Source: Delftia acidovorans NBRC 14950 (lineage in GTDB: Bacteria > Pseudomonadota > Gammaproteobacteria > Burkholderiales > Burkholderiaceae_C). Taken from it: a DNA stretch of 32,000 nt. Shown piece by piece: positions 24,384-32,000 of the stretch. A model generated the notes under the pieces. It saw only the letters and a program-made list of their open reading frames with translations, was not told where the DNA came from and searched no databases. Numbering within the stretch: position 1 is the first letter of the stretch; each line of letters opens with the position of its first letter. The stretch is from contig NZ_BCZP01000004.1 in assembly GCF_001598795.1 (NCBI RefSeq), positions 300,001 through 332,000 on the forward strand, written 5' to 3'. The translations under genes were made by a program, and so were the position numbers.

Positions 24384-24401
24384 ATCCCTATGCTGATACC
24401 A

Positions 24402-24950
24402 ATGCATGTTCAAGCCCGTTGCCGCACGAGTGCGGCCCTGATGCTGTCGATCGGGGTGGCGCTGGCAGGCTGCAGCAGCCTCGATGGCGCCGCGCACCGA
24501 GTCGCCAATGTCGTCACTCCCTACAAGGTCGAGGTCGTCCAAGGCAACTTCGTCTCCCGTGAACAGGTCGAGGCCCTGCAGCCCGGCATGAGCCGCCAGC
24601 AGGTGCGCGACATTCTCGGCACGCCGCTGGTCACCAGCGTATTCCACGCCGACCGCTGGGAATATGTGTTCACCATCAAGCGCCCCGGCGTCGATTCTCA
24701 GGTGCGCAAGCTGACCGTCTTCTTCAACGGCGACCTGTTTGCCCGCTCCGAAGGCGACGAGATGCCCACCGAGGCCGAATTCGTCGCCAGCCTGGGCTCC
24801 AAGAAGAAGCTGGGCAAGATTCCTCAACTGGAAGCCAGCGAGGAGCAGCTGTCCAAGTTCCCGGCCGCCAAGCCTGTGGAAGAGCCCGTGGCTGCCGAGC
24901 CGCCGCCCACAGCGGCCAGCTACCCGCCACTGGAATCCGGCGCCCGTTGA
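24402..24950 (+). CDS. bamE: Outer membrane protein assembly factor BamE (SmpA/OmlA lipoprotein) with a C-terminal low-complexity extension
   Basis: [26 protein letters not shown] (lipobox LAGC), then [36 protein letters not shown] and the BamE core. Divergent from fur, as in many Betaproteobacteria. Alternative starts at 24390 and 24369. Confidence 0.85.
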   Translation: MHVQARCRTSAALMLSIGVALAGCSSLDGAAHRVANVVTPYKVEVVQGNFVSREQVEALQPGMSRQQVRDILGTPLVTSVFHADRWEYVFTIKRPGVDSQVRKLTVFFNGDLFARSEGDEMPTEAEFVASLGSKKKLGKIPQLEASEEQLSKFPAAKPVEEPVAAEPPPTAASYPPLESGAR

Positions 24951-24956
24951 TATCGC

Positions 24957-24989
24957 CGCCCGCGCGCCGCAAGGCATGCGGGCGTTTTT
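24957..24989 (+). terminator. Possible rho-independent terminator after bamE
   Basis: CGCCCGC (24957-24963), a 14-nt loop, GCGGGCG (24978-24984), then TTTTT. The large loop lowers confidence. Confidence 0.45.
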
Positions 24990-25074
24990 CCGTGGATGAA
25001 GGCCGCTGCAGCGCCTGTCTGGCGCCGCTTTTGCCTGCTGTCCATGCATTGAGCTTGTGCATCCCTTTCCCGAC

Positions 25075-25911
25075 ATGAACGCCACGACTGCCACTTCCTC
25101 CAGCAACAACCAGCGCCTGCGTGTGGCCGTGGCCGGCGCCTCCGGCCGCATGGGCCGCATGCTGATCGAGGCCATCGCGCAAAGCGATGACCTTGCGCTG
25201 GCCGCCGCGCTGGACCGCGCCGACAGCCCTTCGCTGGGCACCGATCCCTCGGCCTTCCTGGGCCAGCCCAGCGGCATCGCCATCGAAAGCGATGTGCGTG
25301 CCGCGCTGTCCAAGGCCGATTGCCTGATCGACTTCACGCGCCCCGAAGGCACGATGGACCACCTGGCCATCTGCGCCGAGCTGGGCGTCAAGCTGGTCAT
25401 CGGCACCACGGGCTTCAGCGACGAGGAAAAGGCCCGCATCGCCGAGTACGCCCAGCGCACGGCCGTGGTGCTGTCGCCCAACATGAGCGTGGGCGTGAAC
25501 GTCACCTTCAAGCTGCTGGAGATGGCGGCCAAGGCGCTGTCCAGCGGCTATGACATCGAAATCGTCGAGGCCCACCACCGCCACAAGGTCGATGCCCCCT
25601 CGGGCACGGCCCTCAAGATGGGCGAGGTCATCGCCGAAGCCCAGGGCACGAAGCTGGCCGACCGCGCCGTCTACGAGCGCTTCGGCCACACCGGCGCGCG
25701 CGAGGACAACACCATCGGCTTTGCCACCGTGCGCGGCGGCGACATCATCGGCGACCACACGGTGCTGTTCGCGGGCACGGGCGAGCGCATCGAGATCTCG
25801 CACAAGTCCAGCAGCCGTGCCGGCTATGCGCAGGGCAGCCTGCGGGCGGCGCGCTTCCTGGCGGGCAAGACCAGCGGCCAGTACGACATGTACGCCGTAT
25901 TGGGCCTGTGA
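25075..25911 (+). CDS. dapB: 4-hydroxy-tetrahydrodipicolinate reductase
   Basis: [19 protein letters not shown] (NAD(P)-binding), VIGTTGF, and [20 protein letters not shown] signature. ATG at 25075; a GTG alternative is at 25057. Confidence 0.92.
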   Translation: MNATTATSSSNNQRLRVAVAGASGRMGRMLIEAIAQSDDLALAAALDRADSPSLGTDPSAFLGQPSGIAIESDVRAALSKADCLIDFTRPEGTMDHLAICAELGVKLVIGTTGFSDEEKARIAEYAQRTAVVLSPNMSVGVNVTFKLLEMAAKALSSGYDIEIVEAHHRHKVDAPSGTALKMGEVIAEAQGTKLADRAVYERFGHTGAREDNTIGFATVRGGDIIGDHTVLFAGTGERIEISHKSSSRAGYAQGSLRAARFLAGKTSGQYDMYAVLGL

Positions 25912-25941
25912 CGAGGCTCGCAGCACGGGCAAGGTAAAACC

Positions 25942-26676
25942 ATGAGCGGTCCACTCTGGCTCTGGTGGCAGCAAGGCGATGCCGTCGCGCGCGGCACGGC
26001 GCTGCTGCTGCTGGCGCTGTCGGTGGCCAGCTGGGTGGTCATCGTCTGGAAGATCTGGTTCATGGCCGCCAGCCGCCGCCGCGTTCCACAGGCCATTGCG
26101 GCCTTCTGGAGTGCGCCGGACCTGGCCACGGGCCAGGCCCGCATGGCCGAGGGCGATCGCCAGCAACTGGTGGCGCCCATGGCCTGGGCCGTGTCCCAGG
26201 CCCTCGCGCCCACGGGCAGCAGCGGCATGGCGCTCTCGGGGCGCGCAGCGCGCTCCGTGCGCCTCACGCGCGGCCTTCGTCAGGCGCTGCAGTCGGCCAG
26301 CCACCAGCTTCAATGGGGCCAGACCCTGCTGGCCACCGTGGGCGCCACGGCGCCCTTCGTCGGCCTGCTGGGCACCGTCTGGGGCATTCACCACGCGCTG
26401 GCCACGCTGGCCGGCAGCGGACAGATCGGCATCGAGCAACTGGCCGGCCCTGTGGGCGAGGCCCTGGTGATGACGGCAGCCGGCCTGGCCGTGGCCCTGC
26501 CGGCCGTGCTGGCCTATAACCTGCTCGGCCGCGCCGCCGCCCAGATGGAAGCCCTGCTCGAAGGCTTTGCCCATGACCTGCAGGCCATGTTCGGCCTGGA
26601 GCAGCCCGGGCAGGCGCAGCAGGATGACGGCATGCCCGTCGCCGGCCTGCCGGCCGGCCCCATGGAAGCGCCCTGA
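25942..26676 (+). CDS. exbB: MotA/TolQ/ExbB proton-channel family protein (ExbB-like), 244 aa
   Basis: C-terminal TM2-TM3 core LATVGATAPFVGLLGTVWGI...GEALVMTAAGLAVALPAVLAYN. Confidence 0.85.
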   Translation: MSGPLWLWWQQGDAVARGTALLLLALSVASWVVIVWKIWFMAASRRRVPQAIAAFWSAPDLATGQARMAEGDRQQLVAPMAWAVSQALAPTGSSGMALSGRAARSVRLTRGLRQALQSASHQLQWGQTLLATVGATAPFVGLLGTVWGIHHALATLAGSGQIGIEQLAGPVGEALVMTAAGLAVALPAVLAYNLLGRAAAQMEALLEGFAHDLQAMFGLEQPGQAQQDDGMPVAGLPAGPMEAP

Positions 26677-26700
26677 CCGGGCGGCCAGGCAGGAGCGCAC

Positions 26701-27180
26701 ATGGCCTTCGGACGACTGAGCGGCAAGGAGAGCGCCCCCCAGCCCATGCACGCCATCAACGTCACCCCGCTGGTGGATGTGATGCTGGTGCTGGTGGTCA
26801 TCTTCATTCTTGCGGCACCCATGCTGGCCGCCTCCCTGCGCGTGCAATTGCCCCAGGCCCAGGGCACCCAGCCCATGGCGGCAGCGGGCGAGGACGATGC
26901 GCTGCTGCTGGAGGTCGATGCGCAGGGCGCGCTCTGGGTGCAGGGCCAGCCCACCACGCCCGAGGCACTGCGCGAGCGCCTGGCCCGGCTTGGCGCCCGC
27001 AATCCCCAGGCCGAGTTGCAATTGCGTGCCGACCAGGCCGTGCCCTATGGCCGCGTGGCCGAGCTCATGGGCTGGGCCCACGCGGCGGGCCTGACGCGCA
27101 TGGGCTTCGTGGCGGAGCCTGCGCGAAGCCAGGAGGGCCGGTCCGCCGCCGTCCTGGGCCCCTCCGGCGCCGGGCGCTGA
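26701..27180 (+). CDS. exbD: Biopolymer transport protein ExbD/TolR family, 159 aa
   Basis: INVTPLVDVMLVLVVIFILAAP single TM with conserved Asp. Periplasmic domain has the ADQAVPYGRVAELM motif. Confidence 0.85.
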   Translation: MAFGRLSGKESAPQPMHAINVTPLVDVMLVLVVIFILAAPMLAASLRVQLPQAQGTQPMAAAGEDDALLLEVDAQGALWVQGQPTTPEALRERLARLGARNPQAELQLRADQAVPYGRVAELMGWAHAAGLTRMGFVAEPARSQEGRSAAVLGPSGAGR

Positions 27181-27207
27181 AACGCCTCCGGGCCTGCGCC
27201 CGCGAAC

Positions 27208-28422
27208 CTAATCCTGTCCTTCGGGCCAGCGCTCGTTGCCCGCCAGCCGCAGATGCTGGCCATGGTCCGAGGAGCGCTGGTACAGACTGAGCCCGAACAG
27301 CGGCAGCATGCCGATCAGGTGATCGAAGATCGCGCCCTGTATGGCCTCGTACTCCACCCAGACCGTGGTGCTGGTGTAGCAAAACAGCTCCAGCGGCACG
27401 CCCATGGGCGAAGGCTCCATGGTGCGCACCAGCAAAAACATGTTCGGCGTCTTGTGGATGTGCGGATGGCGCAGCAGGTAGGCGTATGCATAGGCCTTGA
27501 AAACGGCCAGATTGCTGAGTTGCTGCGCGGCCATCTCGCTGCCTGCAGGCGCGTCGGCCATGCGCAGGTCGCCGCTGCGGGTCCAATGGTCCTTCAGGGG
27601 CTCCAGCAGCGCCAGTTTCTGCCGCTGCTCGGGCGTCAGCAGGCGGATGGTGTGGGCGTCTATGTGCAGCGACCGGCGGATGCGGCGCCCGCCTGACTCG
27701 AACATGCCGCGCCAGTTCTTGTAACTGTCGCTCATCAGCCGCCAGGTGGGAATGGTGGTGATGGTCTTGTCCCAGTTCTGCACCTTCACCGTGTGCAGCG
27801 CGATGTCGATCACGAAGCCATCGGCGCCGACCTGGGGCATCTCTATCCAGTCGCCCACGCGCAGCATGTCGTTGGAGCCCAGCTGCACGCCGGCCACGAA
27901 GGACATGATGGTGTCCTTGAAGATCAGCATCAGCACGGCCGAGGCTGCGCCCAGGCCCGACAGCAGCAGCAACGGAGAGCGGTCCACCAGGGTCGCGACG
28001 ATGAGCACGATGGCGATCAGGAACACCAGCAGCTTGCCCAGCTGCACATAGCTCTTGATCGAATGGGCCTGCGTGGCCTTGCGCTCTTCCTTGAGCTCGT
28101 GCGCCTCGTTCATGGCGTTGAGCAGGGCGCTGATCACGCGGGCCACGTGGTAGATGGTGCAGGCGATGGCCAGGTTCAGGATCAGCGTGGCCCACTGCGG
28201 CTGCAGCTGCGGGATGGCCTGCACGCCGGACTGCATGACCAGCGAAGGCACGGCCTTGGCCAGCCGCTGCAGCACGCTGTCGTGCAGCAGCACCTGTGCC
28301 CATTCCATCTCCACCAGCGTGCTGCGCATGCGCGGAAGCACGCGCAGCAGCAGCCATTGCACGACAAACCCCGCCGAGCGGGCCAGCAGCACCAGCGCGC
28401 ACAGCGCGGCCAGGGCCTGCAT
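27208..28422 (-). CDS. Mechanosensitive ion channel family protein (MscS superfamily, YbdG/MscM-like), 404 aa
   Basis: Real start MQALAALCALVLL (ATG 28422) inside track ORF 27208..28752. Core LSGLGAASAVLMLIFKDTIMSFVAGVQLGSNDMLRVGDWIEMPQVGADGFVIDIALHTVKVQNWDKTITTIPT. Confidence 0.85.
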   Translation of the reverse strand: MQALAALCALVLLARSAGFVVQWLLLRVLPRMRSTLVEMEWAQVLLHDSVLQRLAKAVPSLVMQSGVQAIPQLQPQWATLILNLAIACTIYHVARVISALLNAMNEAHELKEERKATQAHSIKSYVQLGKLLVFLIAIVLIVATLVDRSPLLLLSGLGAASAVLMLIFKDTIMSFVAGVQLGSNDMLRVGDWIEMPQVGADGFVIDIALHTVKVQNWDKTITTIPTWRLMSDSYKNWRGMFESGGRRIRRSLHIDAHTIRLLTPEQRQKLALLEPLKDHWTRSGDLRMADAPAGSEMAAQQLSNLAVFKAYAYAYLLRHPHIHKTPNMFLLVRTMEPSPMGVPLELFCYTSTTVWVEYEAIQGAIFDHLIGMLPLFGLSLYQRSSDHGQHLRLAGNERWPEGQD

Positions 28423-28784
28423 GACGGGATCCCAGCCGGAAATCAAAGACCAGTTCAGCAAGAGAAACTCCAGGGCATTGCAGTGCCGGCCTGCCTGCGG
28501 CCGGCACCATGAGGCCGCGCGCGGTGGCGGCATGCCCGGGAGATGCGCATCGTTTCCTGCGCAAGCCCGGGCTGGCGATGGAGGAACGCCTGCGGCATGG
28601 CGCCGCAGAGTTGGCAAGCATACGCAGTGCGGCTTTTCCCCGTGCCACAGGCGGGCAAGCGGCCGCCGATGACGCAGTACCGCCTGCGGGCTTGTGGGCG
28701 GCTTCGGGCACGGCCGGGCCGGGGGCCTAAAATCGCCGGTTGATTCCGGCAATCCACCTTGTCAGGCCCCTGGGCCGCAGCACC

Positions 28785-31520
28785 ATGCAAGAGAAATACA
28801 ACCACATCGACGTTGAGCGCGCAGCGCAAGACCACTGGTCCGCCCGCGACGCTTACCGCGTGACCGAAGACCAGGCCAAGCCCAAGTTCTACGCCTGCTC
28901 CATGCTGCCCTACCCCAGCGGCAAGCTGCACATGGGCCATGTGCGCAACTACACCATCAACGACATGCTGACGCGCCAGCTGCGCATGAAGGGCTACAAC
29001 GTCCTCATGCCCATGGGCTGGGACGCCTTCGGCCTGCCGGCCGAGAACGCTGCGCTCAAGAACAAGGTGCCGCCCGCGCAGTGGACCTACGACAACATCG
29101 CCTACATGAAAAAGCAGATGCAGGCGATGGGGCTGGCCATCGACTGGAGCCGCGAGATCGCCACCTGCGACCCCGACTACTACAAGTGGAACCAGTGGCT
29201 GTTCCTGAAGATGCTGGAAAAGGGCATTGCCTACCGCAAGACCCAGGTCGTGAACTGGGACCCGGTGGACCAGACCGTGCTGGCCAACGAGCAGGTCATC
29301 GACGGCCGCGGCTGGCGCACGGGCGCGCCGGTCGAAAAGCGCGAAATCCCCGGCTACTACCTGAAGATCACCGACTACGCCCAGGAGCTGCTGGACCATG
29401 TCCAGGTGGGCGGCGACAAGGCCACGCTGACCGGCTGGCCTGAAAAAGTCCGCCTGATGCAGGAAAACTGGATCGGCAAGAGCTCCGGCGTGCGCTTTGC
29501 GTTCACCCACGACATCCGTGGCGCCGACGGCCAGCCCATCCAGGACGGCCGCCTGTACGTGTTCACCACGCGTGCCGACACCATCATGGGCGTGACGTTC
29601 TGCGCCGTGGCGCCCGAGCATCCGCTGGCCCTGCACGCCGCCGCCACGAGCCCCAAGCTGGCCGCCTTCATCGAAGAGTGCAAGAAGGGCGGCACCACCG
29701 AGGCCGAACTCGCGGTCAAGGAAAAGGAAGGCCTGCCCACGGGCCTGTTCGTCACGCATCCGCTGACGGGCGCCCAGGTCGAGGTCTGGGTCGGCAACTA
29801 CGTGCTCATGAGCTACGGCGACGGCGCCGTCATGGGCGTGCCCGCACATGACGAGCGCGACTTCGCCTTTGCGAAGAAGTACGGCATCGCCATCCGCCAG
29901 GTCATCGCGGTCGAAGGCGAGGCCTTCAGCACCGAGGCATGGGCCGACTGGTACGGCGACAAGCAGCGCGCTGTCTGCATCGAATCCGGCGAACTCGACG
30001 GCCTGCCCCATGTGGCGGCCGTGGACAAGGTGGCCGAACTGCTGGCCGCCAAGGGCCTTGGCGAGAAGAAAACCACCTGGCGCCTGCGCGACTGGGGCGT
30101 GAGCCGCCAGCGCTACTGGGGCACGCCGATTCCCATCATTCACTGCGAGGACTGCGGCGCCCAGCCCGTGCCCGCCAAGGACCTGCCCGTGGTCCTGCCC
30201 CAGGACCTGGTTCCCGATGGCTCGGGCAACCCCCTGATCAAGAGCGAAGCCTTCCACGCCGGCGTGGTCTGCCCCTGCTGCGGCAAGAGCGCGCGCCGCG
30301 AGACCGACACCATGGACACCTTCGTGGACTCGTCCTGGTACTTCATGCGCTATTGCGACGCCAGGAACAGCGAGCAGATGGTGGCGGAAGGTGCCGAGTA
30401 CTGGATGCGGGACCAGAATGCCGCCACCGGCGGCAGCGGCATGGACCAGTACATCGGCGGCATCGAGCACGCCATCCTGCACCTGCTGTACGCGCGCTTC
30501 TGGACCAAGGTCATGCGTGACCTGGGCCTGGTCAAGGTCGATGAGCCCTTCACCAAGCTGCTGACCCAGGGCATGGTGCTCAACCACATCTACAGCCGCC
30601 GCACGGCCAAGGGTGCCAAGGAGTACTTCTGGCCCAAGGATGTCGAGCATGTGTTCGACGAGACCGGCAAGATCGTGGGCGCCAAGCTCAAGGCCGAGGT
30701 GGACAGCGCCGATGGCCTGCTGCCCGTGGGCACGGACATCGACTACGAGGGCGTGGGCACCATGTCCAAGTCCAAGAACAACGGCATCGATCCGCAGGAG
30801 CTGATCGAGAAGTACGGCGCCGACACCGCGCGCCTGTACACCATGTTCACCGCGCCGCCCGAGCTGACGCTGGAGTGGAACGATGCCGCCGTCGAAGGCA
30901 GCTACCGCTTCCTGCGCCGCGTCTACAACTTCGGCGCCAAGCTGTCGCAGATGGACATGGCCGGTGCCGTGCAAAGCGTGGCCGGCGCCAAGTCGCTGGA
31001 CGACGTGGAGTTCGGCAAGGCCGCCAAGTCCCTGCGCCTGGAGATCCATACCGTGCTCAAGCAGGTGGAATACGACTACCAGCGCATGCAGTACAACACC
31101 GTGGTCTCGGGCGCCATGAAGATGATCAACGCGCTGGAGGACTTCAAGTCCTTCGACGACGCGGGCGCCCAGGTGGCGCTGATCGAAGGCTTCGGCATCC
31201 TGCTGCGCGTGCTCTACCCGGCCACGCCCCACCTGGCCCATGCGCTGTGGAGCGAGCTGGGCTACGCCGCCCACCTGGGCGACGTGCTGGATGCGCCCTG
31301 GCCCCAGGTCGATCCGCAGGCACTGGTGCAGGACGAGATCTCTCTGGTGCTGCAGGTCAACGGCAAGCTGCGCGGGGCCATCCTGGTGTCCTCGACGGCC
31401 GACAAGGCCGAGATCGAGCGCATTGCCCTGGCCAACGAGGAATGCCAGAAGTTCACCAACGGTGCCGTGCCCAAGAAGGTGATCGTGGTGCCTGGCCGCC
31501 TGGTCAACGTCGTGGTCTAG
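28785..31520 (+). CDS. leuS: Leucine--tRNA ligase, 911 aa
   Basis: [18 protein letters not shown]..., HIGH motif ([15 protein letters not shown]) and KMSKS motif ([10 protein letters not shown]). Start is at the internal ATG 28785 of track ORF 28740..31520. Confidence 0.97.
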   Translation: MQEKYNHIDVERAAQDHWSARDAYRVTEDQAKPKFYACSMLPYPSGKLHMGHVRNYTINDMLTRQLRMKGYNVLMPMGWDAFGLPAENAALKNKVPPAQWTYDNIAYMKKQMQAMGLAIDWSREIATCDPDYYKWNQWLFLKMLEKGIAYRKTQVVNWDPVDQTVLANEQVIDGRGWRTGAPVEKREIPGYYLKITDYAQELLDHVQVGGDKATLTGWPEKVRLMQENWIGKSSGVRFAFTHDIRGADGQPIQDGRLYVFTTRADTIMGVTFCAVAPEHPLALHAAATSPKLAAFIEECKKGGTTEAELAVKEKEGLPTGLFVTHPLTGAQVEVWVGNYVLMSYGDGAVMGVPAHDERDFAFAKKYGIAIRQVIAVEGEAFSTEAWADWYGDKQRAVCIESGELDGLPHVAAVDKVAELLAAKGLGEKKTTWRLRDWGVSRQRYWGTPIPIIHCEDCGAQPVPAKDLPVVLPQDLVPDGSGNPLIKSEAFHAGVVCPCCGKSARRETDTMDTFVDSSWYFMRYCDARNSEQMVAEGAEYWMRDQNAATGGSGMDQYIGGIEHAILHLLYARFWTKVMRDLGLVKVDEPFTKLLTQGMVLNHIYSRRTAKGAKEYFWPKDVEHVFDETGKIVGAKLKAEVDSADGLLPVGTDIDYEGVGTMSKSKNNGIDPQELIEKYGADTARLYTMFTAPPELTLEWNDAAVEGSYRFLRRVYNFGAKLSQMDMAGAVQSVAGAKSLDDVEFGKAAKSLRLEIHTVLKQVEYDYQRMQYNTVVSGAMKMINALEDFKSFDDAGAQVALIEGFGILLRVLYPATPHLAHALWSELGYAAHLGDVLDAPWPQVDPQALVQDEISLVLQVNGKLRGAILVSSTADKAEIERIALANEECQKFTNGAVPKKVIVVPGRLVNVVV

Positions 31521-31530
31521 GCCATGGCAT

Positions 31531-31618
31531 GCCCCCTGAGGCGCTGCGCGCCTTCCCCCTCTCGCTTCGCGGGGGGGACGACACCCTCGCTGCGGGGCGG
31601 CCCTTGCTCGGTGTCCCT
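31531..31618. repeat. REP-like structured intergenic repeat, copy B (inverted relative to 6628-6722)
   Basis: The reverse complement reads AGGGACACCgAGCAAGGGCCGCCCCGCAGCGAgGGTGTCGTCCCCCCCGCGAAGCGAGAGGGGGAAGGCGCGCAGCGCCTCAGGGGG, aligning with copy A. It sits between the leuS stop and the lptE start. Confidence 0.7.
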
Positions 31619-31677
31619 CGCTTTGGGCGCGACCGTTGCAAGGGCTGTGAGTGGCGCAAGCGCCTTGGAGAACTGAT

Positions 31678-32000
31678 ATGCAAAAACGTACCCTGCTCAC
31701 CGCCCTGGCCCTGGCTCCGCTGCTGGGGGCCTGCGGCTTTCGCCTGCGGGGGGTGCCGACCTTCGTGTTCCGCTCGCTCTACATCCAGGCGGGCCGGGGC
31801 TCTCCGGTAGCGCGGGAGCTGTCGCGCAATCTGGCCAGTGCCAGCGACAAGCTGACCGTGCTGCGCGATCCGGCATCGCCCGACGATGCCGAAGCGATCT
31901 TCCAGATCGTCAGCGAGCGGCAGGAGCGGGTCATCGTCGGCATGAACGCGCTGGGCCAGGTGCGCGAGTTGCAGCTGCGCCTGCGCGTGCGCTTCAAGCT
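31678..32000 (+). CDS. lptE: LPS-assembly lipoprotein LptE (RlpB), N-terminal part, runs off the right edge
   Basis: ATG 31678 preceded by GGAG. My translation MQKRTLLTALALAPLLGACGFRLRGVPTF... has the lipobox plus the CGF+LRG motif typical of LptE. The position immediately after leuS is conserved. Confidence 0.75.
   Translation, partial: MQKRTLLTALALAPLLGACGFRLRGVPTFVFRSLYIQAGRGSPVARELSRNLASASDKLTVLRDPASPDDAEAIFQIVSERQERVIVGMNALGQVRELQLRLRVRFK

Noticed and set aside
24724-27081. 785-aa ORF antisense to bamE-dapB-exbB-exbD
   Set aside because: It crosses three intergenic gaps and lies opposite four recognisable genes. This is a high-GC artefact.
28509-28743. Two overlapping plus-strand ORFs (73 and 66 aa) upstream of leuS
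   Set aside because: They have mixed third-position composition, no Shine-Dalgarno and an Ala/Arg/Gly-rich translation. The region is better explained as structured non-coding DNA.
28455-31700. 1081-aa ORF antisense to leuS
   Set aside because: It lies opposite a textbook leucyl-tRNA synthetase (HIGH and KMSKS motifs present on the plus strand). The antisense open frame is expected at this GC content.
1-32000. Search for mobile elements, tRNA/rRNA genes, integrases, toxin-antitoxin or known defence systems
   Set aside because: No transposase, integrase or recombinase motifs, terminal inverted repeats, cloverleaf-like tRNA sequences or defence-gene signatures were recognised by eye. This should be confirmed with tRNAscan-SE, ISfinder and DefenseFinder, because manual scanning can miss small RNAs.

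Overview
High-GC chromosomal segment whose gene content looks betaproteobacterial, probably Comamonadaceae. This is an inference from a Bug/TctC-family binding protein, fur-bamE-dapB synteny and leuS-lptE synteny. I support 28 protein-coding genes plus one candidate micro-ORF.

Layout:
- 1-187: 5' end of maeB.
- 396-7939 (minus): a translationally coupled 7-gene operon of a Liv-type substrate-binding protein, livHMGF-like ABC components, an M20 amidohydrolase and an M81 MlrC-like peptidase. It is divergent from a GntR/FadR-family regulator (8184-9236) that carries an unusual basic Ala/Lys/Pro-rich tail.
- 9350-13018: an orphan Bug binding protein, then a class-III omega-aminotransferase divergent from a LysR regulator (bauA/bauR-like).
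- 13019-13457: a low-GC non-coding patch with 23-bp periodic repeats, and a (GGCATG)5 repeat that would encode a (Met-Pro)n micro-ORF.
- 13458-18637: a DUF2061 membrane protein divergent from an MHYT-PAS3-HisKA-HATPase-REC-Hpt hybrid kinase, which is coupled to a REC-HD-GYP response regulator.
- 18732-23676: GNAT, NudJ-like Nudix, an ECF41/SigJ-type sigma factor preceded by an exact TGTCACA-N16-CGTC motif, and a convergent DUF1800/DUF1501 pair.
- 23820-32000: housekeeping genes fur, bamE, dapB, exbB, exbD, a YbdG-like MscS channel, leuS and the start of lptE.

A structured REP-like element of about 90-95 bp occurs twice in inverted orientation, between the binding-protein gene and livH and between leuS and lptE.

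I saw no rRNA, tRNA, CRISPR array, transposase, integrase or recognisable defence genes. Most of the window is ordinary. The best candidates for something undescribed are the His/Met-rich DUF2061 + (MP)n micro-ORF + MHYT kinase/HD-GYP locus, the apparently self-targeted ECF41 sigma next to DUF1800/DUF1501, the GntR regulator with a histone-like tail, and the uncharacterised M20+M81 transport/catabolic operon. Functional links between these genes are inference only.
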